Assembly: GCA_963514005.1 (NCBI GenBank)
Contig: OY740813.1
Location: 9,486,001 to 9,550,000 of the forward strand
DNA length: 64,000 nt
Source of the DNA: Raja brachyura
Lineage: Eukaryota
Direction: 5' to 3'
Positions 44,301-56,300 of the stretch are shown piece after piece (the first letter of the stretch is position 1; each line of letters begins with the position of its first letter). The notes under the pieces are model-generated. The model saw only the letters and a list, made by a program, of their open reading frames with translations. It had not been told where the DNA came from and made no database searches. Both the position numbers and the translations under genes were made by a program.

Positions 44301-47300
44301 GGCTTCACAGGTGTTTGTAATTGCTCAGGTGGGTTTAATTGCTTCCTCAATACAGGTATAAGAGCTATCAGCACCTAGTCTTTCCATCACCTTTGGAAAC
44401 TTTTATTGCTGTTTATCAACATGAAGACCAAAGTTGTGCCAATGAAAGTCAAATAAGCCACTATGAGACTGAGAAACAAGAATAAAACTGTTAGAGGCAT
44501 CAGCCAAACCATAGGCTTACCAAAATCAACTGTTTGGGACATCATTAATAAGAAAGAGAGCACCGGTGAGCTTACTAATCGCAAAGGGACTGGTCGGCCA
44601 AGGAAGACCTCCACAGCTGATGACAGTAGAATTCTCTTTTTAATAAAGAAAAATCCCCAAACACCGTTCCGAAACACTCTTCAGGAGTCAGGTGTGGATT
44701 TGTCAATGACCACTGTCTGAAGAAGACTTCATGAACAGAAATACAGAGGCTACAGTTTGCCAAGAAGTACTTAAAAGAGCAACCACAGTTCTGGAAAAAG
44801 GTCTTGTGGACAAATTAGACGGAGATTAACATATCAGAGTGATGGCAAGAGCAAAGTATGGAGGAAAGAAGGAACTGCCCAAGATCCAAAGCATACCACC
44901 TCATCTGTTAAACACGGTGGTGGGGGTGTTATGGCCTGGGCATGTATGGCTGCTGAAGGTACTGTCTAACTTATCTTCATTGATGATTCAACTGCTGATG
45001 GTAGTAGCATAATGAATTCTGATGTGTACAGACACATCCTATCTGCTCAAGTTCAAACAAATGCCTCAAAACTCATTGACCGGTGGTTCATTCTACAGCA
45101 AGACAATGATCCCATACATACTGCTAAAGCAACAAAGGAGTTTTTCAAAGCTAAAAAATGGTCAATTCTTGAGTGGCCAAGTCAATCACCCGATCTGAAC
45201 CCAATTGAGCATGGCTTTTATATGCTGAAGAGAAAACTGACAGGTACTAGACCCCAAAACAAGCATAAGCTAAAGATGGGTGCAATACAGGCCTGGCAGA
45301 GCATCACCAGAGAAGACACTCAGCAACTGGTGATGTCCATGAATCGCAGACTTCAAACAGTCATTTCATGCAAAGGATATGCAACAAAATACTAAACATG
45401 ACTACTTTCATAAACACTGCTGTAATTTCTACATGTTGAAACCAAAATGTATAAAAATGGCCTTTAATAAATGTGCACTTTAACCACATGTGATTTTTTC
45501 TATTACAAATCTCAAATTGTGGAGCACAGAGGCAAATAAATAAATGACGGGTCGTTGTCCCAAACATTATGGAAGGCACTGTATATTTACATTGATGATA
45601 TCACAAGAGAATCTCCATTCCAGGTGAATAGATTTATTAAGTTATTAAAATTAATACTCCCTCTTAAATGAGCTGTACAAAACAGGGTGCAATCAGTCCC
45701 CAAAAGACTAAGGACAATGGTAGTAAAAAAAAACGATTTAAGAGCCATCAATTAATCCAAAAGCATAATGTCACTACCGTGACATCCACCCACAATGGAA
45801 GCCATCCTTCAAATGTTGATTCTTTCATTGTGCAGTCAAGATCCACAAGTTCCATCTCTTATGTCCTATGCAAGCAAAGGAATCACCCAGTTATCAAAGT
45901 ATAAGATCACAACCCTTGGAACGGTCAAGCTGAAAGTGAGCTAGAGTCGCTGCGATAAGTTATCCAATGAGGATTATCTGTGAGTGGAGATGCAGACACT
46001 CATCGTTGTGCATTCAGAGCAACTGGATAAAACAATTTGGGGGCTCAGAGAATTAACTTGATTGTGTAAATAGAGGAGCCATCTTAATGTCTTAATTATC
46101 TATTTCAAAATTGGCCCTCAGGTCTAGCCAATGTATAAACAATCTGGGATGAAAAAAACCTTGAATCAAATTAAATCTCATGGGCCATGTGCAAGACAAG
46201 ATGGCTACACAGATGCCATCTGGGCTTGGGTTTTCAAGCATTCCCCAAATTATTATTTGAACAACTTAAAATCTATAAACAGCAAGATTCCAAGTTCAAT
46301 TGGGCTGCACTATGTAACCTCAGATATGGTAGCAGAAAGTAATTCACAGAAAGTAGCTTGGCACTGCATGCAAGGTACCACTTCATAGGTGGTACGATCT
46401 GAAAACTAATCAGACAGGCTTCACGCTCCTGACTGCAGTTTAGATCTGCATGTTTATCCAAAAAAAAACACCACCTTCAAGAATAACTAGAATTTGGAAG
46501 CAATGGTGACATAACTGCCCCTAAATGAACATTAAAAAGGGTTTCTGAGTACATTGCACCCAAAGGCCAAATAATGTGTCAACAAGATTGTGCTGACCAT
46601 TTGCAGGCGTCCAGGATGTCAGTTTCAAACAAGAAGGTTGACAAACAAAAAGATGTCCACACTAGATCTCCATGACACAGATCCCACGGTCATTTATGCC
46701 TCAGGCAAAAGGCAACTGGGATCCACTATCACAGTTACTCCATGCAATGTTAGATCTAATCATGATGCCAGCAGGAACATCATAAAGCCACACAAATATT
46801 TACCCAAAAAGCCCTGTCCTTTGGAAAATTAACAAAAGCTGTGAGCTTATAGCAGTGACATTAGTACCGGAGGAAAATACCATTCAGATGGCAAGTAAGC
46901 AAGTGCGTTACAAACAACACAAAAATGAGGAAGAAAGAAAAACCTTCCAGCCAGATCATCCCCAACTTCATACTGATAGACATGAATGACACGACGATAC
47001 GCTATGCTAATAGGAAAAAGACGACAAGATTGGAAAAGAAAGAACACAAATATAAAAATGAGTTCAGAACTGAAAGTCATGTCGAAATACAATTTCCTCC
47101 ATGCTCATGTGAAAAGTCAGAGGGTTTCAGATTTAGAATTGTAATCTCAAACAAGGATAGTAGGACTACATAGCTCAACTGCTTTAACTATCGTGTTTGA
47201 AAAAATCAGCATTTTTGCAGTTACCCACACCCGTCTTATGTAGGGGCAACTTTCATTCATCATTCTGGCCCTGCTCACAATTCAGTGATTTAAAAATCCT

Positions 47301-50300
47301 TGCTAACAAACTGCTTCTGTATTTGATTTATCCAACTGATGCAACTAACACACTCCAGTTTGAAAATGTAAAACCCACTCACATTTGCATCTCTCCTACT
47401 ATTCACCGATCTTTTCTATCTTTAAAAGTCTCCACAAAACTCATCTTTTGACCTGAACTTTTAGGAAGCCCCTCTCTCCCATTTTTAATAGATAGTTCAG
47501 TCTTTTCATTACATTAAAATGTTATAATGAAAGCATTTCACATGCCATCTCAAAATTATAAAATTACTAAGGATCTGCTGTAGTTGTATTTTTTGATTAG
47601 TGCCAAAAGGTTGAAACGAATTATTCACTGATCTACACAATTTCCTGCTTCTCTCTACAGAAACAATGTTTAAACCTGCTGCACCTTTAAAATAGCCATG
47701 CTGACCCCTCACTCAAAATCAACCAAATTTAGGGATTTCACTCTAAACATGACATGTGCAGTTTCAAAACGGTCAGCATGGCACCCAATGTCCAGGCAAT
47801 GTAAGCTGTTCCTCAACCTCAAACACGCTATCTTCAGTAGGCATCAGGTTCCAATCTTTACACTTTTAACAGAACTTTACAAACTGGGACGCTACTGATA
47901 TTTCATTATGTCTGTCAATGAATGCCCAAGACTGACAGTAATTGATTCACATATATGCAAAACACAATAAAAGAATCAATAATTCAGATACATAACAATG
48001 CTAATGAAAGCTTAACCTGAAAAATTAACTTAGTTTCTCTTTCAGACTTGCTGTAGTATTTTTTAGTTTCTTAAATATAATATTTCCAGAATCCACAGAA
48101 TATTAATTTTGGATCAACATCATTTTATTTTTAATTATGGGTGGAAATCATTGTCTCAATGAGAAAAAGCCCCTTCCTTCAATTCTATTAACAAGAACTG
48201 TAAATGGTGGGAAAGACCCAGGTGCAAATCTCCACTTTCAGATCTGACTTTTTTCTACTGATTAAATAAAATGATTTACATCAATAGGTTTTGTCCTTGA
48301 TTGTCAGTTTGTTAACATTTTCATCACCTTCTCCCACCACAAGTCAAAATAAAGCAACAAGCAAGAGGCAGACAATATCACACAAAGTACAAAACAAAAA
48401 GCAATATTAACCCATCCAGTAGGTATGTCCTGTAGACAGCATCCAAGCATCAGGCAGCAGCAGAAGAAGCAGAAATTCCAGGATTTTACAAGGAGAGAAT
48501 AACAAAATGTATTAATCAACATTAAATTGCAAATTCATCATCATGTAATAAACATTAGTTACCACCATTTAAAGCAACGACAGTTACACAACCAATAGAA
48601 ACATTTGACAAGTGCTCAATATTTCAGAGGCTGGAAGAAATTTCAAAGGGTTGACCACAGCATTTAAGACAGAATTAAAGAAATGTAAAAAGCTGAGACA
48701 AAGTGGAGGGTTTCTAGCAGACAGCCCCATGTGGAGCTAGCACAGCCATAAAGATCCAAAGACTGCATGGCATTCTGCATGAAACTTCTGATTCTTCATA
48801 ACCAAGGAAATGTAGCAATTATTTCTTCAGCAATATTTTAAAGAAAAAAGTTAAATAATTACAACTTACACCAGATTAATTAAATCACATGAATAATGCA
48901 TTGATGTCGGAAAACCAGCCAGTTTACATTTTTATTCGTCATGCAGCATGGAAACAGGGCCTTCAACCCACCGAGTCCACGCTGACCATCCCTTACCCCA
49001 GCATACTGGTTCTATATTATCCCGCTTCTCGTCCACTCCCTGCACTCTGGGAGCAATTTACAGAAGCCAATTAACCAACAAACCAGCACATCTTTGGAAT
49101 GAGGGAGAAAACCAGAGCACCCGGATGAAACCCACGCGGTCACAGGGAGAATGCAAACTCCACACTGACAGCACCCGAGGTCAGGAATGAACCTGGGTTG
49201 TTGGCGCTGCGAGGCAGCCGCTCTACCAGCTGCACCATGGTGCCGCCCTTCAGACTTAAGGTGAACCAGATTCCACCAATTATATTAGCTTCATCAAGTG
49301 TAACTGGGAGAAATTCAGCCAGGGTTTCTTCAGGCCAGTGACAACTGCTTTATGGTCTTATACAAAGATGGATCAGATTCCACTTGTGTCCTGCTGTCCT
49401 TTATCCACTGTGAAGGGCTAAAAGCCACACAGGAAGAGAGGTTCATCTTCGCAAAGTCCTGCAGTTCATAGTGGGTGATCTTTATTAGAACATCTTACCC
49501 CAACATATTTACCCAAATCTATTTAGTTGTTTCAACATTTTTGTATAATATGTAGCCATAACAGCATTTTGGAAGGAGAGAGCACCAAATTCCCATTTTC
49601 TAATTGATAATATCCAGCTCTAATGTGAAAGTAATGATATGTTGGTCTGGATACCAACATATTATAAATGGACCCTTTTCACACAGATAAGTCACGTGTT
49701 TTATATATGAAACAACCCCCAACATTACAAAAATTGTATCTGTTCAAATGTGTACATTGCAGAACCGTGAGAATTGACTGGAGGGACACCTCACCTTGTT
49801 TCCTGCAGCCACTGGTGGAATGTATTTGCATGTTGGGCAAATTCCTGCCGTAATTTATCATTCTCTTCTTGGCGTCTCTGTTCCTTCTGCAATTCCATCT
49901 CTCGTTCCTGTTAAGTGACCAGTAACATTCACTTAGTGTGACAACAGAGCAAGGGCAAAATGGATTATTATTCATTAAACTTATAAAAAACCAAGATGAC
50001 CAACAGCTCTGAAGAATACTATACTGATAGTAAAGCAGGTGAAAAAAATTACCCTAATTCTCCCATCCAGTAAAAAAAGAATGGATATTATCATCTGCAG
50101 AAAAATACTTTTACAAATAGCAACACTCTGGAAGGAATAAGAACCGATTTGAAGGCCAGCAAAGGCTCAGATGAGGTGGGTCTGTTTGGAGGAAAATAAT
50201 GCATTACTACTGAAACTAGCAACAGGAATTGTAAATTTCATTTATGAAAAATAATTCTACACAGGTTTGTGGGATAGCATTGTATCACGGCAATGGTTTA

Positions 50301-53300
50301 CGTTTACAGTAACCTGTACCAGTGTTCCCAACCCAGGTGCACCAATGGGCTATAACAACATTGAGGTAATCTATTTGGAAAGTTCACAAAAGACATGCTC
50401 AGCATATTAGCTGTCCTACTGTAACACTGCATTGTTCATCCACACCTCTGCCACAATTACTCATCCTTTATCCCTAAAGAGCATTTGCATCCTCGGCACA
50501 GTTTATTTCCTCAGCCAGCTTTGTATTATTAGATTAACCTGGATGCATTAAACTCACCCCCTTACCCAGGTTGGTGATAGTTGCACTGTTTGCATGAGGG
50601 ACACTTGTCGTACCCCACTAGTTTTACGTTTGCCATCCCATAAAATGTTGCGAATGCCACTTGGAAAGATTCATAGCTTTCCAGATTGACAAGTAATTTA
50701 TTGAAAGAGTTTTTTTTTTAAATCACATTTGGATACATGTGGCGAGGATATGTGAGGAATCTAGAACTAGGGCTTACTCTCATAAAAGGTTGGTTATTGA
50801 TCTCCCGAACTGTTGGTGTACCGCAATTCCCCAAGTCAGTAAGTACATACGAAACACATTATTTTATTTGTTTACAAAGGGAATTTAGGGAAAGGAACAG
50901 GGCAGAACAAATCTGCTGTTATTATGGAATAGTAGTGGGGGTTAAAAGTCCAAATGGCCGACACCTCTGCTAATTCTTGATCTTATTTCACCCCCCACCC
51001 TTTACATTTAAAGAAAATGTACACATACTTTAATGATTTTCTGCAAGTTTCTCCAAGTCTCCTCCAGCGCTTCCATAGTGAACCAGGTGTAGGGATTAGA
51101 AAACATCCGGTAACTCTTGATCTGACGATCAAGCTCAGCCAGCTGGTTAAAATCGGTCTGAGCTGAGCTCAACGACGAGCGGAAAGCCTCGTGAGCCTCA
51201 CGCAGGGCCTTTATCTCCTCCAGTGAGTTGCATCGCACAGGATCTGTGAGGTCCTCCTCGGCATTCTCAAACCAACTGTTAAAGGCCGATGCTTTCTTAG
51301 CAAAGGTCAAGAAGAGATCTTCAAGCTGTGGAAAAGATAGTCAGTAAACAAGCCTTTGAGGTTACAGGTATAAATTGCTCCAATTTTAAACCATACAAAA
51401 ATGCCTATTTAAAATCACTGGAAGCTTATGGCACAAGGATAGTGTGTCTGTGCCAGTTGATAGACAGTTATCCAACCCAATCTCTTTTCCTTCCAGCACT
51501 GATCTGTATGTAGCTCTGTGAGTAACAGTTCTTCAAATACATACGTAGGCACTTGAAAGGTTGCAGACGATTCTGCTTCAACCACCCATCCCGGTAAGTT
51601 TCCACCTCCACCATTCTCTCGTGATGAACTGTTTCCTCCTCACGTCTCTCACTTTCCATCAATTACTATAAATCTATACCTGTTACGTTTTAGTCCTTCA
51701 GCTAAGGCAAACAGATCCCTTCCCAATTGCTCTACTAAAGCCCTTCATAAATGTTATACATGGAAACAAGAATTTTAAAATAATTTACTTTTCTGAAATG
51801 TTCCTGGGCTTCAAGTAGTTTCTTCTTTCTTTCACCTGAATTGGCCAACAGCTGATTCCATCTTTTCATTAACGAAGCATGACGTGCTTCAATGGCTTTG
51901 GACTGAATGTGTTTGGCTGCCAGTAACTGATCCTTCAGAGCTGTAATGTTAGCAATCCCCTCCTGTTGGAAAGCTTGCAGCCCAGCATCAAATGTTTCCT
52001 GCGGAGGACAAAAAAAATAATTACCTTTTTTCTATTGAATTTAAGGTGGAAGTAATGATTCACCCACTGATCATCGACCGCTATAGAGAAACAAATAAAT
52101 GAAAGAAGCTAGCTTAATTTTTCTAATTTGGTTTGGATTGTGGTTGCTTAAAGTGCTGTGGAAGGGGAGATGATACAAAGGAATAAGAGAACTGAAGTTC
52201 ACCAAGCTGTTGAAATGGTACAATGACTTTTTATTGGCCAATCTTTTCCATTTATTAGCGGCCAATTCAACTGGCAACAAGTCAGAGAACATTTCTGCTG
52301 CATCTAGTGTTAAAATCGATGGGAGACTCCAAACTAAAGCATGAAATTATTAGAATTGGAATGAGCACAAACTCAGCGGATAGTAGTCACGTCTCTGAGC
52401 ATGAAAAGTAGGGGATTATCTCATGCTCAAAAACAGAAAACAAAATCTCAACTGATAGTTTATTTCAGTATTGTTAGAGGTCCTACTTTTCAGATAAGAC
52501 AATAAGTCCCAATTCATAATTGAAAGAGCAGCAAGTTCTCCAATAAGATATTTGGCAAAATGTAACCCTGTCAACTTAATTGGTATTAAATCCTAGTCAT
52601 TTATGGCACAATATCATATACAAATTGACCACCATGACTTCTACATTTCATTAAAAGCACACGAGCAGCAAAGTCGTTTAGGATAATCCTAAATTGCAAA
52701 AAGCGGCATAGAAACAATAAAAATAGGTGCAGGAGTAGGCCATTTGGCCCTTCGATCATAGAAATAAAAAATTAAATAACATTTAACATGATATTCATAT
52801 GCATTGTCATATTTACTGCCATGCAGTATTGCACGTGGTGTATCTGACTCGGGAGTCACTAATTGATGATTCTAAACTTACAATTTAAGTGCATTTTTTC
52901 CAGTATTTGGTAAATACCTTTCATGAACACCTTTACTGTAACTGATCACAGACATTATGAGCAAAAATCCAATGATTGACTAGATTACAAATGTGTTCGT
53001 TAATGCTGAATTACAACCTAAATATCATATTTTCTAATTAAGCACACCATGTGTTAATCATGAAAGGAACAATCTTCTTGCTATGATTTGCCAAACACAA
53101 ATCCCAAGTTCACTACTGAGCTCCCTATTGAAGGCTTTAAAGTACACAATTGCACATTGGTGCCAGATAATTTGGAAGAATTTGGAAGTCCCATTTCCAG
53201 ATTCAGACTGTATTGAAACAATTTGACCTGCAAGACTGCATCAAATTCACCTTTGGTCAGCGAGACACCGTCGAAAATTAATCCAATCCCTCTTTGAAAA

Positions 53301-56300
53301 AGTTATAAAAACAAGATGACCCCTTGCGAAGGGTTTTCATGACATAATGTAGATATATCAAAGATAATCATATAATATGGAAGAAGTAGAATACTTAAAG
53401 CTGAATTATGATGAGCAGGATATAAAACAAAACAAATTGATAATTGTATATGCTAGAAATCCAAAATACAAACAGAAAAGATTCTAAACACTGAGCCGGT
53501 CAGGAGGTATGTCGACAGACGAAGGAATTCTTTACTTAAAACGTTGACCGCCTGTCCATAGATGCTACCTGACCCAACTGTTTTCAATAATTTGGGTTTT
53601 ATTTAGACCAAGATAATATTGGTTCAAATTAATAAATAAAGGCAAATATAAACAATTCTTCCCTGATGTCAATCTTCCCACAAAGCTATAGGAAACTCTG
53701 CTATATCTAAACATCTGTTATCTCCTCCTGCCATCTCATACCCGCAAACCAAAAACCTGTAAAATGGTCTGGAATCTGAAGGGCCAAAATGAAACATTGT
53801 AACTTGCCAAATACCTGCTTAGTCAGCAACGTTTGTACCGAGGAGAGATCACGGCCATAATCATCTGTCTTCAGACTGTTTTCTTTCTCACCTACGAAAT
53901 ATGAAACAAGAAACAAATGTAACTAAAGTCATGTGTGATATCATTCACCAAGCACATATAGTATCCCCAATTTTAATTACTCCACAAGAAAAGGTCATGA
54001 ATTCTGCTGCCCTTCCTAAACCCTCTACCTTCTTTAAAAATGTTCACAAAACCCTATCTCTACTGTATTATCGGATAGGAAATTCATGGGTTTATTCCCT
54101 AGTCAGAGCATCAGCAGGAACATCAGCTCTCGAGCTAGCGCAAGGGACAGGAAATACTGGTTTACAAAAAACTGACACGTAGTGCTGGAATAACTCAGTG
54201 GGTCAGGCAGCATCTCTGGAGAATGTGGATAGGTGATGTTTTGGGTCGGGAGCCTTCTTCAGACCAATTGTGGTTGGGGAGAGAAAGCTGGAAGAGAGGA
54301 GAGGCAGGACAAAGCCTGGCAAGTGACGGGCAGGTACAGGCAAGGAGGGGTTTTGGTAGGTAGATGGTTGGACAAAAGCAAAAGATGAAGAAACAAAAAG
54401 GTGAGAGATAAGGATAGAAGTAGTGAAGCCAGAGAAATGAATATGGGTGGAGGGGGAAGGGAGAAATGTGTGTCCAGTTGGTATACAGGGAGGGGTATGG
54501 AGAAGTTGTTGGGGGGAGGGGGTCCTTTAGATTAGTTACCTAAAATTGGAGAAGTCAAAGTTCATGCAGTTGACTGCAAGTTACCCAAGGTGCTGTTCAT
54601 CCAGTTTGCATGAGGCTTCACTCTAGCAATGGATGTGGCCCAGAGTAAAAAGGTCAGAATTGGAAGGGGAGTTACAATGGTTAGCAACTGGGAGATTCGG
54701 TAAAGAGGATCGAGCACAAGCTGATGTAAAGGAGGCCAACTTGGGAACACCGGATGTAGTATATGAAGTTAGCGGAGGTGCATGTGAAACCTTGTTTCAT
54801 TCATGTGTTTAATTTACCTGATAGCTTCCTACCTAACCTTCAATGACCAACAAGTAGCCAACAGCCGACAAACTTACCGATCCACGACTCAACCACATCT
54901 GCCTTCCAATTAAACTGCAAGAATGCAGAATTCTCATCCAGCTTGGCTTTCCTCTGAGCAGCTGCTTTTTCCAACTCTGTCACCTTCGCTTCCAATCCCT
55001 TCAACTTTGCAGTTATATTCTCAACATAATGATTGTTCTGTAGGTGATAGAAAATAGCTTCAGTACAAGTTATTTATGTGCATCTTTGCAAGCTCTAACA
55101 TTAAAGGAACTACGAACGTGATTATCGTATGTTGGCTAATGTTTCCAATTAATCTCATTTCTGCCTTTTACGTACGTATGGAAATAAATGTGAAATATTG
55201 AAATACCTTGTACAATCAATTCAACCCCTGGAACCGACTACTTAATTTAAAGTGGTGTAAAATGAGGGATTAATTCCTTTATACTGCATTCATTTCCTGA
55301 CTGGCATAAAGCATTTATTAAAGAAAAGGTACACTCCACAGTTTCAAGCAGAAGTTTTAATGCCCCTGGAGAAATCGGCCGAGCTCCAACATCCCCTAAG
55401 CACGTGTATGTGCTGGGTGAAGTGACACCATCTCAATCAAAGATCTCAATGACTAAGGGTCATTGGTATTACATAGACACAGGTATTACATAGTTCAGAC
55501 AAATGCATAAATAAGCATCTGAAAGGATTACAGAAAGAAAAGGAACAGCGTGCTCGTGTATTGCAGCCAGTTGTTAATACTTCTAAATGAAGGCGCCAAA
55601 GATAATTATTAGCAAATCCTTTGGCCCCAAGTCAGATTTATAGAGGATGTCAATTATAGAGTCACAATCAAAGAAACATTAGCTGCAAGTCTAGTTTCAA
55701 TGATTTCAGAATACACAATCACCGAGACCAAGTAGTAATTACTTATTAAAGTTTTTGTTTTCTCACTCTTGCTAGGTTCTTCCCCCTGACATAATGCTGG
55801 TAAACAATTCAACAGCAACATTTACTGCTAACTCAAAGGAAATCACATTCTAAAATGTTGATTGTCATTCAAGCATGATGAAGAGTTGCATAGCTGAGCC
55901 TAGGGTTGCCTAATCAATGAACACTGGACTGTTGATAGCAAGAATAAATCTAGTCATTTCTTCCATCCTAGAGCAATAACGCTGTCCTAATTCTTCGTAA
56001 AAAGGTGTTCATAGCATGTGAACAAGAATGGCAAAGCCACATTGATCACGATCACCTATTCCTTGCTTCCCTCAGGCAACAATCACTTCAGTCCTTGTGA
56101 TGAGATTGCATCCACTGTGTAATCGGGACATTTATTTGCTACTGTTATCTGGCGCTCAGAATAAGTAAACTCAGAAACCAAACTAGACCCATTCCTAAAC
56201 AATACCTGAATAGTGCTAAACATTCAGTTTACAATGAGCTCTTGACTGCTCTTGACTGGCTGCAATGTTAATATCTTGCCCAACTAAAGCATCTTGTAGT

